From Dendrobates tinctorius (taxonomy: Eukaryota): a DNA stretch of 64,000 nt. Positions 25,605-38,419 of this stretch are shown here, piece after piece (within the stretch, counting starts at the first letter, position 1; every line of letters starts with the position of its first letter). The notes under the pieces were generated by a model that saw only the letters and a list, made by a program, of their open reading frames with translations, was not told the DNA's origin and did not search any database. The position numbers and the translations under genes were made by a program. The stretch spans positions 20,832,001 to 20,896,000 of the forward strand of contig NW_027361738.1 in NCBI RefSeq assembly GCF_039654945.1. Reading direction: 5' to 3'.

Positions 25605-26819
25605 TCTATTGATAATTAGACTCTTTAACATCTTTATTCTGCAACATTCTCTGAAAAAAGTATCAAAAATGTAGAAAGTGTATAAAACTATCCAGGAAAA
25701 GCTTGCAATCTAGAGCCAAAAATATGTACAGTGTGACACTGCTAAGAAAGATTCACTTCAAACAATCAAAGATACATTGCTAGAGTGAAAGGAAAAAAGA
25801 GTTCTTGTAAAAATAGTACTGATATGACCCAAGCTTTAAAATGCTGAACTAATCCCCTCGCTGCCAAGGAAAATAGATGAACTCAGTTTATCTGTTTCTC
25901 ACAATAGAGCAATAAATCCCTATAGAACTAATACAGATATTGATTTAATGTAATATCAAACATCAAAGACTGTTAGAGCGTTCTCATGTATTAAAAGACC
26001 TAAAAACAACTTTCCCTATCTTACTGATATCCGGTATTTACAAACAATAAATCCTATAAAAAAATAAACGTTACAAAAAATGTGCTTAGATTTCCACTGA
26101 CAATTCCACATTGTGACATTCCCACGTTTCATGAGAATGGAATTCAGCAAACATTGCAAGGAATCCAATGTGAAGGGATATTTGGTACAGTATTAATTAC
26201 TATTGTGAGCAGTAATTGGAAGAAAAATGACCTTGATGTAGATTTCTGGATGCAGATCTCGGAATAATTGTCTGTACAAATTGGTAAACACTAAAGCTGA
26301 GGAGTTTTGTTTGGACGTAATTTCACAAAGCTCATTAAACGCTTTCAACTAAATCAATGAAGTGCCCGTTTGCCTAGAGGCAGGTCATGCAAATTAAAGG
26401 CCATTACCCATAATCCTTGCTTTGTTATAAACTCCAGAAAATAACTTCTTCACAGTAATCTTGTTACCAGCAAAGCGATTTCCCAGTGAAATGTAAGGCA
26501 AGTTTGTCAGTATAAACTGTGTGTATGTATATATGTACACCCAAACCAAGGAGTGCAGCAGCAAATTGAGTCCGCTAAGATTTATGTGAATGTTGAATAT
26601 ATAAAATTTAAATTTTATTACTGCTATATAGAACATATTTATTGTATAAAGGTATTTAACAAAAAAAACTTGACAATTTGTGTGTGCCCATCAGCCATGA
26701 CAAGGCGATCTATCTCACATGGGACATAACAATTTTTACATCTTGCAAATTTAAAGGGTAGGTAGGAGCCAGTGCTAATTGAAAACAGCCTTAGGGCTCA
26801 CGCACATGACCGATTTTCA

Positions 26820-26948
26820 TGTCAAGCTCTTATTTGGCTATATTGACGGAAATATAAAAAAAAAGTTATGGCTCTTGGAAAATGGGGAGCAAAAAACGAA
26901 AACAAAAAAACAAAACAAAAACAGAAAATGGCCTTGGTGTGAAGGGGT
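26820..26948. mobile_element. piggyBac-like terminus fragment
   Basis: Ends GTGAAGGGG|TTAA, like the terminus at 9440. Confidence 0.5.
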
Positions 26949-27649
26949 TAAAGATCTAGGGTATGGATTCGTTTATGGGTCTGGTTTGGGGTCTAGAACT
27001 ACCATATTTAGAAGTCTGAATCATTTTAGAGTCTGGTCTGGGGTATAATTGAATTTTAGTGCTTGATCTGGGATCTAGATTCATTATGGAGTTTGAAGTT
27101 TAAAATTTTGTTTTAGATCTCTGAAGTAATGTTAGGGTCTCGTCTAATGGCTGAACTAATGTTAAGGATTTGATAAGTTTGAATCTACTTTCATATTTGA
27201 ATTAGTTCAGGAGGGATGGATCTGAATGCATTTTAGTATATGATGAGGGGGTGTACATTTATTTTGAGGATGTTACAGCAAATCTTCCAGAGATTAATTA
27301 TTTATAAGCTATTTTTGTCTTTAAAAAAAAAAAAATAAATTATGGTGGCCACTACCAGAATATTTGCTCAGAGGCCTTCATCTGTAAACAGGTGACCAGA
27401 TGCAACATGCAGACAGGGATAAGGCGGAAGTAACCAATTAAACTGTTTATTTTTCATGTATGATGGGAAATTGCGATAACTATAGCAACATTGAATAGTG
27501 CAAAGCTGAATAATTTCAGTATGAAATATACAATATAAGATATACAATGAACTCCCCCCCCCCGGCTCACTGTAACTATTATAACATTCTTTTGTTATAT
27601 AATCTTATAATTTTCTAACAGAGGTAATATCCCAGTATTATGAGAGTCA

Positions 27650-28952
27650 CTGTACTGTTTCTTCCTCTACGGGAGCAGGCAGCCAGCCATATAACTTGTG
27701 CGTGGATCGCATTGCAATCCTCATACAGGCAGTCTGCTCTCCTGCCTGAGCTTGACAGATGCATAGAAATACATCATGCTAAGTTTGGAAAAGGTGCCAG
27801 GCCAGTCCGTGCAGTGCCATGCTATCATCCCACAAGTTATCGGCCGTCTATCTGCGCCCTAACACAGGGCATAGCAGGGGTTTCTGATTTTTTACCGCTA
27901 GGCCACAAGTCCTCCTGACAAAGTCTAAGAAGTCTCGCTGGGCCTCCTTCGCATCAACCGGGCCCCGTCCTGTCTGCTGTATTATCCCAGGCCAACCCCT
28001 GTACTGTACATCTGTTAGGAGAAGGACCAGATCAGGCGCACCTTTTCCTTGACAGATCCAGAACTGTCAGGGCTCTCACCTTTGTTGCACTGGGGAAAGC
28101 TTAAGGCCCCAGACCGACCTCTGCACTCAGAGTTAGAGGGCGCGGCTAAGCCAAAAAAGTCACAGTTCCCGGGAAACCAGTCAAACTTGGCAGGAATGTG
28201 CAGCACGCAAGAGGTTATAGTCAGGGCTCCGACCTTCGTGCAATGGGACAAAGCAGGCCCAAGCCTTCGGGGCCTCAGTCCCTCACCCAGAGATTGCTGA
28301 CAGAGACCAACGAAGTGTACGTTGACACCGGAGACCGTGAGTGACAAAGTTCTCTGTCAGGACATAAGACGCGTGCGTGCTGAAACCGGAAAGCCAGGTG
28401 ACCCGCTGTGAACTGTATCCTGATACACCCGCTTGCATCTGCCAAGTAACATCATTCTGTGGCAGTGTTAGAGACTGTGACTGTACCTCTGCTTCGTCTC
28501 CTGGACCCAGGACCCCCGTCAGGACAATGAGGATTCACCGTCGCCTCCAGGATCCCATGCGCCATCTTTTACAGGACTACACCGGACCCCCTTACGCGCC
28601 ACGGCCTTGGCGCCATCACCTGCATCCAGGAATCTAACTTCGGACGTCGTCAGACTGATAAGTCTAATACCCCTAAACTCTTTGGATTATTTACCGCCAC
28701 CTGTTTTTCCCAAGTTCCAAATTCCCTCCTTAATTCAACCCTACCTCCTTTTCTCCCTTCGTGTAGTGTCCTCTGTTAAATTAAACCCCACGTTAACCCT
28801 TGCTCTGTCTCTGGTCCATTACTGCATCTTGTCACCTGCTTATACATCAGTGCTCGAAGGAATGACCCAGCTCACTCACGCCTCCCGTTCAACACCACAG
28901 GCGTCCACCACCGAGCTGAGTTTCCTCATTGATCTTCAGTGCTTGACCTACA
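27650..28952. mobile_element. GC-richer LTR-like or otherwise unclassified repeat
   Basis: Compositional shift; ATTAAA at ~28780; ends ...CCTACA. Boundaries and TSD not established. Confidence 0.3.
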
Positions 28953-28974
28953 ACTGATGTCTCTATTGGATCTG

Positions 28975-29076
28975 TCCACCTGTACAGTCAATAATTCCAT
29001 CATCTGTGCAATACTAAGGAAATCCTCTAAAGATGACCTGTTGGTGGCTCTTGAGGACTGGAGTTGAGGAACACTG
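28975..29076. mobile_element. Right half of hAT MITE (family of 57688-57873)
   Basis: Close match to 57770-57873, ending GGAACACTG. Confidence 0.8.
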
Positions 29077-29111
29077 CTCTACTCTATAACATGATGCTTG
29101 TATATTGGGCT

Positions 29112-29604
29112 ATATGTACACACAACCTCCTGAGAATTATTTGTTTTTTACACATCAAGCTAACGGAACATGATGAAGAACAGCACTGGGAAATGTAAGG
29201 TGAGTACCAAGAACACACACAACTTACTTTAAAAATCAATGCATGAAAAATACAAAAATGTATGTAAAAAATTATTTAATGCACTTTTGCATCAAATAAT
29301 TTTTTACATACATTTTTGTATTTTTCATGCATTGATTTTTAAAGTAATTTGTGTGTGTTCTTGGTACTCACCTTATATTTCCCAGTGCTGTTCTTCATCA
29401 TGTTCCTTTAGCTTGATGTGTAAAAAACTTTTTAACCATGTTATTATATTTCAATGAGTAAAGATTTTTTTTAATCTTACAAAAAATGTTTTGGCATTTT
29501 TTTCGTCTTGCCTCCAAATAATTCTCAGGAGGTTGTGTGTACATATATGCAAAATATTGACGTTTGTTTGCTTCATTTATTAGTTATAAGACTGTGTTTA
29601 TTAA
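29112..29604. mobile_element. Unclassified palindromic insertion with 14-bp TSD
   Basis: TTGTATATTGGGCT at 29098-29111 and 29605-29618. Near-perfect inverted repeat 29143-29283/29288-29428, plus outer 33-bp arms 29111-29143/29515-29547. Confidence 0.75.
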
Positions 29605-30949
29605 TTGTATATTGGGCTGCATGTTCATGGTGACAGGTTCTCTTTAATTGAAAACAAAACTGTATCCATTAGAAAAAAACATTTGGTGGTGGATGATATT
29701 TCCTAAATGAGGGCTTCTAATGCATTTCCACGTTGACTCAATGTACACCTGTTCCAGTTTATACATATCAGACAAAGCACGTCTGGTGATTTCACAGGTG
29801 CTGGCTCATTTCAATCACAACATTGAGAAATACGTGCTTCTTCAGTCGCTGGAAGCGTGACGCATATCTGTTAGCAAAGCATGATAGTTGTTTTCCACTG
29901 GCAATATCAGTTTCATGGCAATGAATAAACCATATAATTAAGCCTTACCTACGTGCACATTATCACAGTGGTGAAACTTGGAAGCAGACTTCTAATATGG
30001 AGGTAATAGGTCCCCTTATTCCCAAGACTGCAGTAATGTATAAACATACACCCATTCATCCATTAGAGGCTATTACACAGTAGATAAGCACGAACATGGG
30101 TGCTCAGCCGCTGTACACTTCTGCTTTATGTTACACTTCAGTGGCCACATGCACTCAGTGATATCTGGAAGACATATTTCAACTTTCTCATTTTTCACAT
30201 TTTGAAACATGGCTTAAACTGAGTGAATGTCCAGTAGGTAAAGTCCCATGTTTTGACAAGAGTGAAGCATAGAAGAAATTTTATAAATGGCAGCCATTTC
30301 TTACATATTTGTTATTTATGTATTTTTCAATATATATTGCAAAAGTATTCTGACCCCTAATTTTTTTTGTTTGTTTTTTTTTGTATTTACTAATAAATTT
30401 ATTAGTAGTAGCACTTAACTTTTTTTTCTTTATCTTGACCACTCTTATTTCATTGTCAATATCTAATGAACTTTTTCCTGTGGAGTGTCAATGGTATATA
30501 TAGCTTCCAACATTTTAAGAGAAGAATATAGAAAACAGTATAATCAAAATTAAATTGCATTTTCCTTTCAATGATTTTTATTAAATTTTGGCTTATTCTA
30601 TTCCTAACAAACAGATTATATCAACAGATTATATCAATGGACCTGAAGAACGACTATGTAAAAATCTTGGCAATTTTGTATATTATCTCTTCTTATATTG
30701 ATCCTGAGTTAGGACGAATTCAGACGTCAGGGAAAAATATGAGGCTGTCAAGTTTGGCTCAGGAGGCTCACAGATTGTGTTAGGCTATGTTTCCATGATG
30801 AGATTTTTGATGCGTTTTTGATAATGCAGAATTTCTGCACCATTTCTGCACCCATTATTTAAATTAGGCTGCTTGCATTTTACATTGTGTTTTTGTATAC
30901 ATTTTTATAACACATGTTTTTATTGTGTTTTGGCGCTTTTTGTCTCTTA

Positions 30950-31983
30950 GGGTATGTTCCCACAGTCAGTAAACGCTGCAGGTCTGGCGTTGTGTACATC
31001 CGCAGCGTCTAACCCGCAGCAGCCAGATGTTACAGCATAGTGAATGGGATTTCAAGAAATTCCAAGTCCACTTTACATGCTGAGAAGCCTCCGGCTTCCC
31101 TGCAGAGACGGACATGTGGCGCATCTTTCCAGATCACAGCATGTCAGTTTATGTAGCGGAGACACTCAGTCTCTGCTGTGTAAATTACCCATACACTTTC
31201 ATTAGATGCAGTAAAACCGCATTATCTACCTAGTCATATGCATACTAAGTGTGGAAGCGCAGCATGCTACGTATGTGTACTAATCGCTGATCGCGAGAAC
31301 TGCCGTGCACATGACCGCCAGAGACGGGGTTATCTCCGGTCACTAGCCAAGTTCTGACGATCAGCTGATCGTGCGAATTGCAGAGCATGTGACCACAAGG
31401 GACTGAGTTTTCTCCAGTGATCATCTTCATGCTCAGCTGTGTTTTGGATGTCAGGCTGAATGGTGGCATACATAATGCCACCATTACGCCAAGGGCATCC
31501 AGATGTAGCAGAGCTGGACTCGTCGTGGGACAGTATGTATATCTTCTCGGCGGACAGGTAAGGATATTGTTGCTTTTTTATTTTAATTCTCTTCCAGGAG
31601 ACAAGGGCGTCGGTGGAATAGGCGATGCACTAAGTATGGTTTAATTAAGATCTATTAAAGGAGTCTGTCTCATTATTTCAATTAAAAGACTTTATTCTGG
31701 CTGTGTGCGTATTTACCATATAACTATAGGATTATCAATGGATAAGTGACTTTTAGGTGCTTCTCCACTACTAAGCCATGGGCTTGATGTCACCTGACAA
31801 TGCAAAGGTGAAATCAACACCACAAATATGATCCCCACTTGCCACCCCTACAGGGCAAGTGGGAAGAACTGGGTAAAGTGCCACAACTGGCGCATCTTTG
31901 GATGTGCCAATTGTTGGATGGCTGTAGGCTGCTATTTTTAGGCTGGTGAGGGCCAAAATCCATGGACCTCGCCAGCCTGAGAA
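30950..31983. mobile_element. Long Harbinger-ended non-autonomous element, left part (continues ~34316-34590), inserted in another Harbinger MITE starting ~30783
   Basis: TTA|GGGTATGTTCCCAC terminus. Sequence resumes after the hAT insertion (GCCAGCCTGAGAA|...|TACCAG). Confidence 0.6.
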
Positions 31984-32398
31984 CAGGGCCACCATCAGGG
32001 CATGACAGCCCTTACAGGTGTATGGGTCCCGGTGATTAGGGGGGCCCCCCACATTTTGTTGAGCCTCAGCCTGGCTTCTCTGCTTTTCCTGCGGTGCTGC
32101 CACTTATTTATTAAATCATCATGACCTAGCGCAGCGCCCCTCCTCCCCCCGGTGCACTATGATCCAGCACCCCCCTTCATGTGATGTCACTCTCTGCTCT
32201 GCTCCACTTCCTCATTCTGGAGCAGAGCGGTGTGCGTGTGCCACATGGGACTGGGAGCAGTGGATGAAGACGGTGGACGGCAGCGGGACGGCGAGGTGCA
32301 GATGGCAGGCACAGTCGAGGTGGTGGCGAGCAAGCAGGGTAAGGTACGTAGTCTGTCTTTGTCTTGTCTGTCTCTCTCTTGCTCTATGTGGTGGCCAT

Positions 32399-32770
32399 GC
32401 TGATGATGGGGGAGCCCGGCTGTTGGCTGATGATGGGGTGAGCGCGAGCCAGGGGCTGATGATGGGGGAGCCAGGAGGCCCAGCTGATGATGGGGGAGCC
32501 AGGGGGCCCAGCTGATGATGGTGAGCCAGGGGCTGATGATGGGGGAGCCAGGGGTCCAGGGGCTGATGATGGGGTGAGCCAGTGGGCCCGGCTGATGATG
32601 GGGGGCCAGGGTCTGATGATGGGGTGAGCCAGGGCCAGGGGCTGATGATGGGGGAGCCAGGGCCAGGGGCTGAGGATGAGGTGAACCAGGGGGCTGATGA
32701 TGGGGGAGCCAGGGGGCCCAGCTGATGATGGGGTGAGCCAGGGCCAGGGGCTGATGATGGGGTGAGCCAG
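32399..32770 (+). repeat. G-rich minisatellite (GCTGATGATGGGG[G/T]GAGCCAGGG..)n, ~21-28-bp units
   Basis: About 14 units visible; source of the Pro/His-rich pseudo-ORFs. Confidence 0.92.
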
Positions 32771-32811
32771 TGCCCAGTGGGACAAATCTCCAGCATCCAT
32801 GATTAGTAGGC

Positions 32812-33135
32812 ACATTGTTGACTGTCTCCACAGTCTCCACCTGCAGCTCAAACCGTAGTTCTATCCTGTTAGTCAGCACAGACTGTGCTGACCAGTACCA
32901 GCATGTTTACTCTCTCCACCTGCAGCTCAGCAAGTAGTCCTATCCTTTTAGTCAGCACAGACTGTGCTGACTAGTACCAACATGTTGACTGTCTCCACGT
33001 GCAGCTCAGCCCGTAGCCTTATCCCTTTAGTCAACACAGACTGTGCTGACTAGTACCAGCATGTTGACTATCTCAACCTGCAGCTCAGCCGTTGTCCTAT
33101 CCTTTTAGTCAGCTGACCAGTACCAGCATGCTGCT
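32812..33135 (+). repeat. 79-bp tandem repeat (~4 copies); the three full units carry hairpin GTCAGCACAG-A-CTGTGCTGAC
   Basis: CATGTT anchors at 32902, 32981 and 33060. Confidence 0.88.
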
Positions 33136-33139
33136 GACT

Positions 33140-33540
33140 GTTGGGGTTAGGGTTGGAGTTAGAATTGGTGGTTTTCACTGTTTAGGCACATCAGGAACTC
33201 TCCAAACGCAACATGGCATCTGATCTCAATTCCAGCCACTTCTGCATTGAAAAAGTCAAACGGCGCTCCCTCCCTTTCCGAGCTCTGCCATGCGCCCAAA
33301 CAGTGGTTTACCCCCACATATGGGGTATCAGCGTACACATTACAAATTGCACAACAACTGTTAGGGTCCAATTTCTCATGTTACACTTGGGAAAATAAAA
33401 AAATTGGGGGTGAAAATATCATTTTTGTAAAAAAAAATAAGATTTTTTTATGGCTCTACATTATAAACTTCTGTCAAGTACCTGGGGCTTCAAAGTGCTC
33501 ACCACACATCTAAATAAGTTCCTTAAGGTGTCTACTTTAC
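33140..33540 (+). repeat. Single dispersed copy of the ~389-bp unit of the piggyBac-like array
   Basis: Homologous to ~5470-5870, including the GGGTTGGAGTTAGAATTGG lead-in. Confidence 0.9.
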
Positions 33541-35530
33541 CGTAGCATTCACTGACCGTGGGAACATACCCTAAAGAGTTTTGGAATTATTACTGTATAA
33601 AAGTTAGTAAACTAAATAAATGTGGTGATCAGCCCTTTACTCTTGACTCCTATCATTTATTTTTGTTTTTTTATATAATCACTTAGAGTTACGTTTTGAG
33701 GTGTATTTATGTTCTATAATTTATCGGTTTTTAATAAATACCAATAAAGATGATTTTTTGTAGTGTATAATCAGTGATTATATATGCAGTAATATACACT
33801 TTCCATTTATTTGGTGGGCAGGCTAAGGCGGCAGCGGTGGGCAGGCTGAGATGACCATTAGATTCTTCTTGGGTGGTGGGCGCGGCGGCAACACCGGCTG
33901 TGTGAGTAAATAACAAGTCCTTGTAATCGTCTGTCCACCATTTTAGTATGTGATTGTACTTATATATACATTGCTATTGGGGAGTCGAAGGGGGAGAGGG
34001 AAGGAATGATTGTATAATTATTCCTTCCCCGTCCTTCGACTCCCCAATAGCAATGTATATATAAGCTTTTGGTCAAAACAAAAGCTGATGACTATGTATG
34101 TGATATGGTGTTAATGTGTGATTGGTGAGGATGTGGTGCAGAAGTGAAGTTTTTCCAAGAAAGGGTGGAGGGATTTTGGAAGGTTCGCTTGCTGGAGAAG
34201 GAGCTAGGGTGAAGGCGGAACTGGGGGTGGAGCATGGGCGAAGTCTCAAGGGGGGGGCCTCATAAATTTTGCCAGTATAGGGCCCGAAGTTACTCGTGGC
34301 AGCCCTGCCTGAGAATACCAGGCCGCAGCTGTCTGCTTTTAACTTGACTGGATAACAAAAATAGGGGAACCACACGCTATTTGTTTGGAGTGGACCCCAC
34401 TATTTTTGCTAACCATCCAAGGTAAGAAAACTGCTGCGGCCTGATATTATGAGGCTGGTAAGGTACATGGATATTGTATCCTTACCAGCCTGAAATACCA
34501 GTCCCAGTAGTCTGCTTTACTCTGGCTGGTTAACAAATATAGGGGGACACTATGCTATTTTTTTAATTATTTATTTATTAAAAAAAAGGAGGGGACCTCT
34601 CTCAGTGCTTTCCTCCACTTTCTGTGCCATGTATTTCTGGCCGTGTCACAAGATTCACCATTATTTATATTAGTGCACATGCATGGTAAGCTGCGGTCGA
34701 CATTGGGGGCTGTGGTGGACATTGTAGTGCATATTGTGGGGCTGTTGTGGATGTACTATATGGGTGGCAGTTGGCTGGTTATAGCTCATAAGGACAGACA
34801 GTGTGGAGGTCATACACAATGTGAGGCTTATTTATGGCATAGTATGGACAGACATCTTTAATCAAAGGTCATTTTAATAACACTTTTATTTTTAAGGGCA
34901 CCTTGTTGGAATTTGCTGCATAAAAGCAGAGAAGAGAGAAGTCTATAGATCAAAGCTATGGATGTGAAAAGTCATCTTGGCATCTGGACAAGATGGAGAC
35001 AAAAATAAAGAAATGTCTCAGAGAAGATGTCATCTAAAAGGTACTTAGATGTAAATGTGTACTTGTTGATATTGACTCATCAGTACTGCGGTTGCTCTAT
35101 GGTCTGCAGTCTGATAATGACTGATAACAACATCTCTCAGCATCTCCTTACCATTATGAAAGACATACCGTAAGTTGTAGGTTCATGAAATAGAAATGTA
35201 TATGGCCCTGTCTTGACATTACAACTGATTGCTGCATTAAGCCTGTGATGTAGTCGTGTACCAATGGTGGTTCTGGTGATATATTTATGTACTGATAGTG
35301 GTTCTTGTGACGTATACAGTGGGGAAAAAAGTATTTAGTCAGCCACCAATTGTGCAAGTTCTCCCACTTAAAAAGATGAGAGAGACCAGTAATTGACATC
35401 ATAGGTAGACAACAACTACTTGAGTCAAAATGAGAAAACGAATCCAGAAAATCACCTTATCTGATTTGGCAAGATTTATTTTTCAAACTATGGTGGAAAG
35501 CAAGTATTTAGTCATTAACAAAAGTTCATC

Positions 35531-35794
35531 TCAATATTTTGTTATATATCCTTTTTTGGCAATGACAGAGGTCAAACGTTTTCTGTAAGTCTTCACAAGG
35601 TTGGCTAACACTGTTGGTGGTATTTTGTCCCATTCCTCCATGCAAATCTCCTCTAGAGCAGTGATGTTTTGGGTCTGTTGCTGGGCAACAAGGACTTTCA
35701 AATCCCTCCAAAGATTTTCTATGGGGTTAAGATCTGGAGACAAGCTAGGCCACTCCAGGACCTTCATATGCTTTTTACGAAGCCACTCCTTCAT
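35531..35794 (-). pseudogene. Tc1 transposase C-terminal fragment
   Basis: [14 protein letters not shown]...KGYITKY terminus. Confidence 0.92.
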
Positions 35795-35943
35795 TGTCCT
35801 GGCGGTGTGCTTGGGATAATTATCATGCTGGAAAACCTATCCATGTTTCATCTTCAATGCCCTTGCTGATGGAAGGAGGTTTGCACTCAAAATCTCATGA
35901 TACATGGCCCCTTTCATTCTTTCATGTACATGGATCAGTGGTC

Positions 35944-36767
35944 TGTTATGAATGAGTCACCGAAGGAGGAAAAAACAAAAATACAAGCTAAGTCCAGAAA
36001 ACCGGAGAGGTTGGTAGCTATCGGATTGCAGACCCCTGATCCTATCCACAACAACTAACAGTAGCCGTGGGGGGTTCCTATGATGCCCTAGACCCCTCGA
36101 TCACAGCCGGAGAACTAAATAGGCCTAAAGAAAGAAAGGGGAAATCTAAACTGCCCCAGAGCAGACCCCAAAGCAATAGGCAGCCCCCAACATATAATGA
36201 CGGTGAAGCTAGATGAAAACACTAACACAGATAGAAAGATAGGTAGAGCAAACGAAGGGGGCCCAAGCTAACTAAAAAGGAGAGGATAGAAAAGCTGCTG
36301 TCTGCAATCCGTAAAAAACCCTACCAAAAAATGTCCCAACCGTCTGATAGGAAAAACAGGCCCTGAAGTCGCTAGGACTTCAAAAAGACTATATCAGCAC
36401 TCAGGTAAATTCTGAAGACAGAGCAAAGAGACAAACTGATCAGAGACAAAAATGGAACTCAGCACACCCCCGACCGGGGATGGCTGAACTCAAAAAAACA
36501 AGGTAAGCAAAACAAAACTAATAAGTTCAATAGCAGAGCAAAAACTTATCTTTGGGAAGCAGGAATCAGACTGGTCTCCAAGAATCCAGCAGAGAAATCA
36601 CCAGCGACTCAGAAGGGCGTTGGCTGCCTTATATCCAGTCAGAATTTCCTGTTACCCAGTCATCATCTACCAGATCAGGTGTTTGGTAATCAGCCTCACT
36701 ACCTTCCTTCACCAGAAGAGGGAGTTCATCAGACATCAACGGTGCAGGGGAAAATGAACTCACAACA
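35944..36767 (-). repeat. 3' LTR
   Basis: Direct repeat of 40659-41482. Confidence 0.97.
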
Positions 36768-38419
36768 GTACCTCCCCCTTGAGGAGGGTTCACCGAACCC
36801 TCATCCACGCCACCAGGGCGATCAGGATGGGCCCGATGAAAGGCACGAACCAATCTTTCGGCATGAATATCGGATGCAGGGACCCAAGAATTATCCTCCT
36901 GGCCATAACCCTTCCAATTAACCAAATACTGGAGTCTCCGTCTAGCCAGGCGAGAATCCAGTATCTTCTCAACCTCATATTCCACATTACCTTCAACCAA
37001 TACCGGGTCAGGAGGTGCCACCACAGGAACTACTGGCTCAACAAACCTCTTTAACAGAGACTTATGAAACACGTTATGGATCTTAAATGTAACAGGAAGA
37101 GCCAATCGAAAAGAGACTGGATTAAGAATCTCCAAAATCTTGTAAGGTCCAATAAATCTAGGTTTAAACTTTGGAGAAGCCACCTTCATAGCGATATTCT
37201 TTGATGACAACCAAACCATATCACCCACCTTAAACTGGGGACCAATGGTCCTATGCCGGTTGGAAAACCGCTGGGCCTTTTCCTGGGAGAGAGACAACTT
37301 ATCCACCACTTGGTCCCAGATCTGGTGCATTCTCTCCACCACAGTGTCAACACCTGGGCAGGCAGAAGGCTCCACCCGCCCTGAAGAGAATCGAGGATGA
37401 AACCCAAAGTTACAAAAAAAAGGTGACATCAAAGTGGCAGAACTAGCTCTATTATTGAAAGCAAATTCGGCCAAAGGCAAAAATGAAACCCAATCATCCT
37501 GATCAGCAGAAATGAAACATCTCAAATACGACTCCAAAGTCTGATTTGTTCTCTCCGTCTGCCCATTGGTCTGAGGGTGAAACGCAGAGGAGAAGGAAAA
37601 CTGAATTCCCAGCTGGGAACAGAAAGTCCTCCAAAATCTAGACACAAACTGAACTCCTCTGTCAGATACAATGTTCGCAGGAATCCCGTGCAAGCGAACC
37701 ACCTCTTGCAAAAACAAGGGCACCAACTCTGAGGAAGATGGCAACTTAGGGAGTGGTACAAGATGGACCATCTTAGAGAATCTATCACAAATCACCCAAA
37801 TAACAGTCATTCTCTGAGAGACAGGCATATCAGAGATAAAATCCATTGAAATATGGGTCCATGGCCTCCTGGGCACCGACAAAGGCATCAACAACCCACT
37901 AGAGCGAGAACAAGGTTTAGACCGAGAGCAAGTCCCCCAGGACTGCACAAAATTCCTGACATCACGAGACAAGGCGGGCCACCAAAAAGACCGACTCACC
38001 AAATCTCTAGTACCAAAAATACCTGGATGACCAGCCAATGCAGAGCAATGAACTTCAGACATCACTCTCTTCCTCCACTGGTCAGGAACATACAATTTTC
38101 CAATGGGACAACGCTCAGGTTTGTCCTCCTGAAACTCTTCCAGAGCACGTCTCAAATCGGGCGAGATGGCAGAAAGAACTACCCCCTCACCTAAGATGGT
38201 AGCAGGCTTGGTCCCAACAGGAGAATCAGCAAAGAAACTCCTAGAGAGGGCATATGCCTTGACATTCTTAGTGCCCGGACGAAAAGAGACCACAAAATCA
38301 AAACGTGTGAAAAACAAGGCCCACCTAGCCTGTCTAGGATTCAAGCGTTTGGCCGACTCCAGGTAAATCAAATTCTTGTGGTCAGTAAGGACCACGACTT
38401 GATGTTTAGCTCCCTCCAA
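36629..38419 (-). CDS. pol: Pol fragment: RNase H C-terminus, integrase (HHCC, DDE, GPY/F) and chromodomain
   Basis: TDHKNL; H-x6-HPG...SWGTC (one Cys reads Trp); MDFI, SDRG, QTERTN; PRFIGPY; [10 protein letters not shown]...[10 protein letters not shown]...NSW. The frame runs through the PPT into the 3' LTR. Confidence 0.93.
   Translation of the reverse strand: MEGAKHQVVVLTDHKNLIYLESAKRLNPRQARWALFFTRFDFVVSFRPGTKNVKAYALSRSFFADSPVGTKPATILGEGVVLSAISPDLRRALEEFQEDKPERCPIGKLYVPDQWRKRVMSEVHCSALAGHPGIFGTRDLVSRSFWWPALSRDVRNFVQSWGTCSRSKPCSRSSGLLMPLSVPRRPWTHISMDFISDMPVSQRMTVIWVICDRFSKMVHLVPLPKLPSSSELVPLFLQEVVRLHGIPANIVSDRGVQFVSRFWRTFCSQLGIQFSFSSAFHPQTNGQTERTNQTLESYLRCFISADQDDWVSFLPLAEFAFNNRASSATLMSPFFCNFGFHPRFSSGRVEPSACPGVDTVVERMHQIWDQVVDKLSLSQEKAQRFSNRHRTIGPQFKVGDMVWLSSKNIAMKVASPKFKPRFIGPYKILEILNPVSFRLALPVTFKIHNVFHKSLLKRFVEPVVPVVAPPDPVLVEGNVEYEVEKILDSRLARRRLQYLVNWKGYGQEDNSWVPASDIHAERLVRAFHRAHPDRPGGVDEGSVNPPQGGGTVVSSFSPAPLMSDELPLLVKEGSEADYQTPDLVDDDWVTGNSDWI
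36768..36784 (-). other. Polypurine tract
   Basis: Minus strand reads ...CAAGGGGGAGGTAC immediately before the 3' LTR. Confidence 0.85.

Larger units (their letters stand above)
31984..34307 (-). mobile_element. Non-autonomous hAT element, same family as 22014-25295, opposite orientation
   Basis: Perfect 8-bp TSD CCTGAGAA (31976-31983, 34308-34315). Ends are homologous to the reverse complement of 25230-25295 and 22014-22230. Confidence 0.88.

Noticed and set aside
32159-32879. 155-230 aa Pro-rich ORFs
   Set aside because: Minisatellite translation; all three minus frames are open.
30950-33571. Matching 30-bp Harbinger TIRs suggesting a 2.6-kb Pack-type composite transposon
   Set aside because: The right TIR lies inside the hAT element 31984-34307 (perfect TSD) while the left lies outside. 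The flanks also differ (TTA vs TAA), so the two ends most likely come from different copies.
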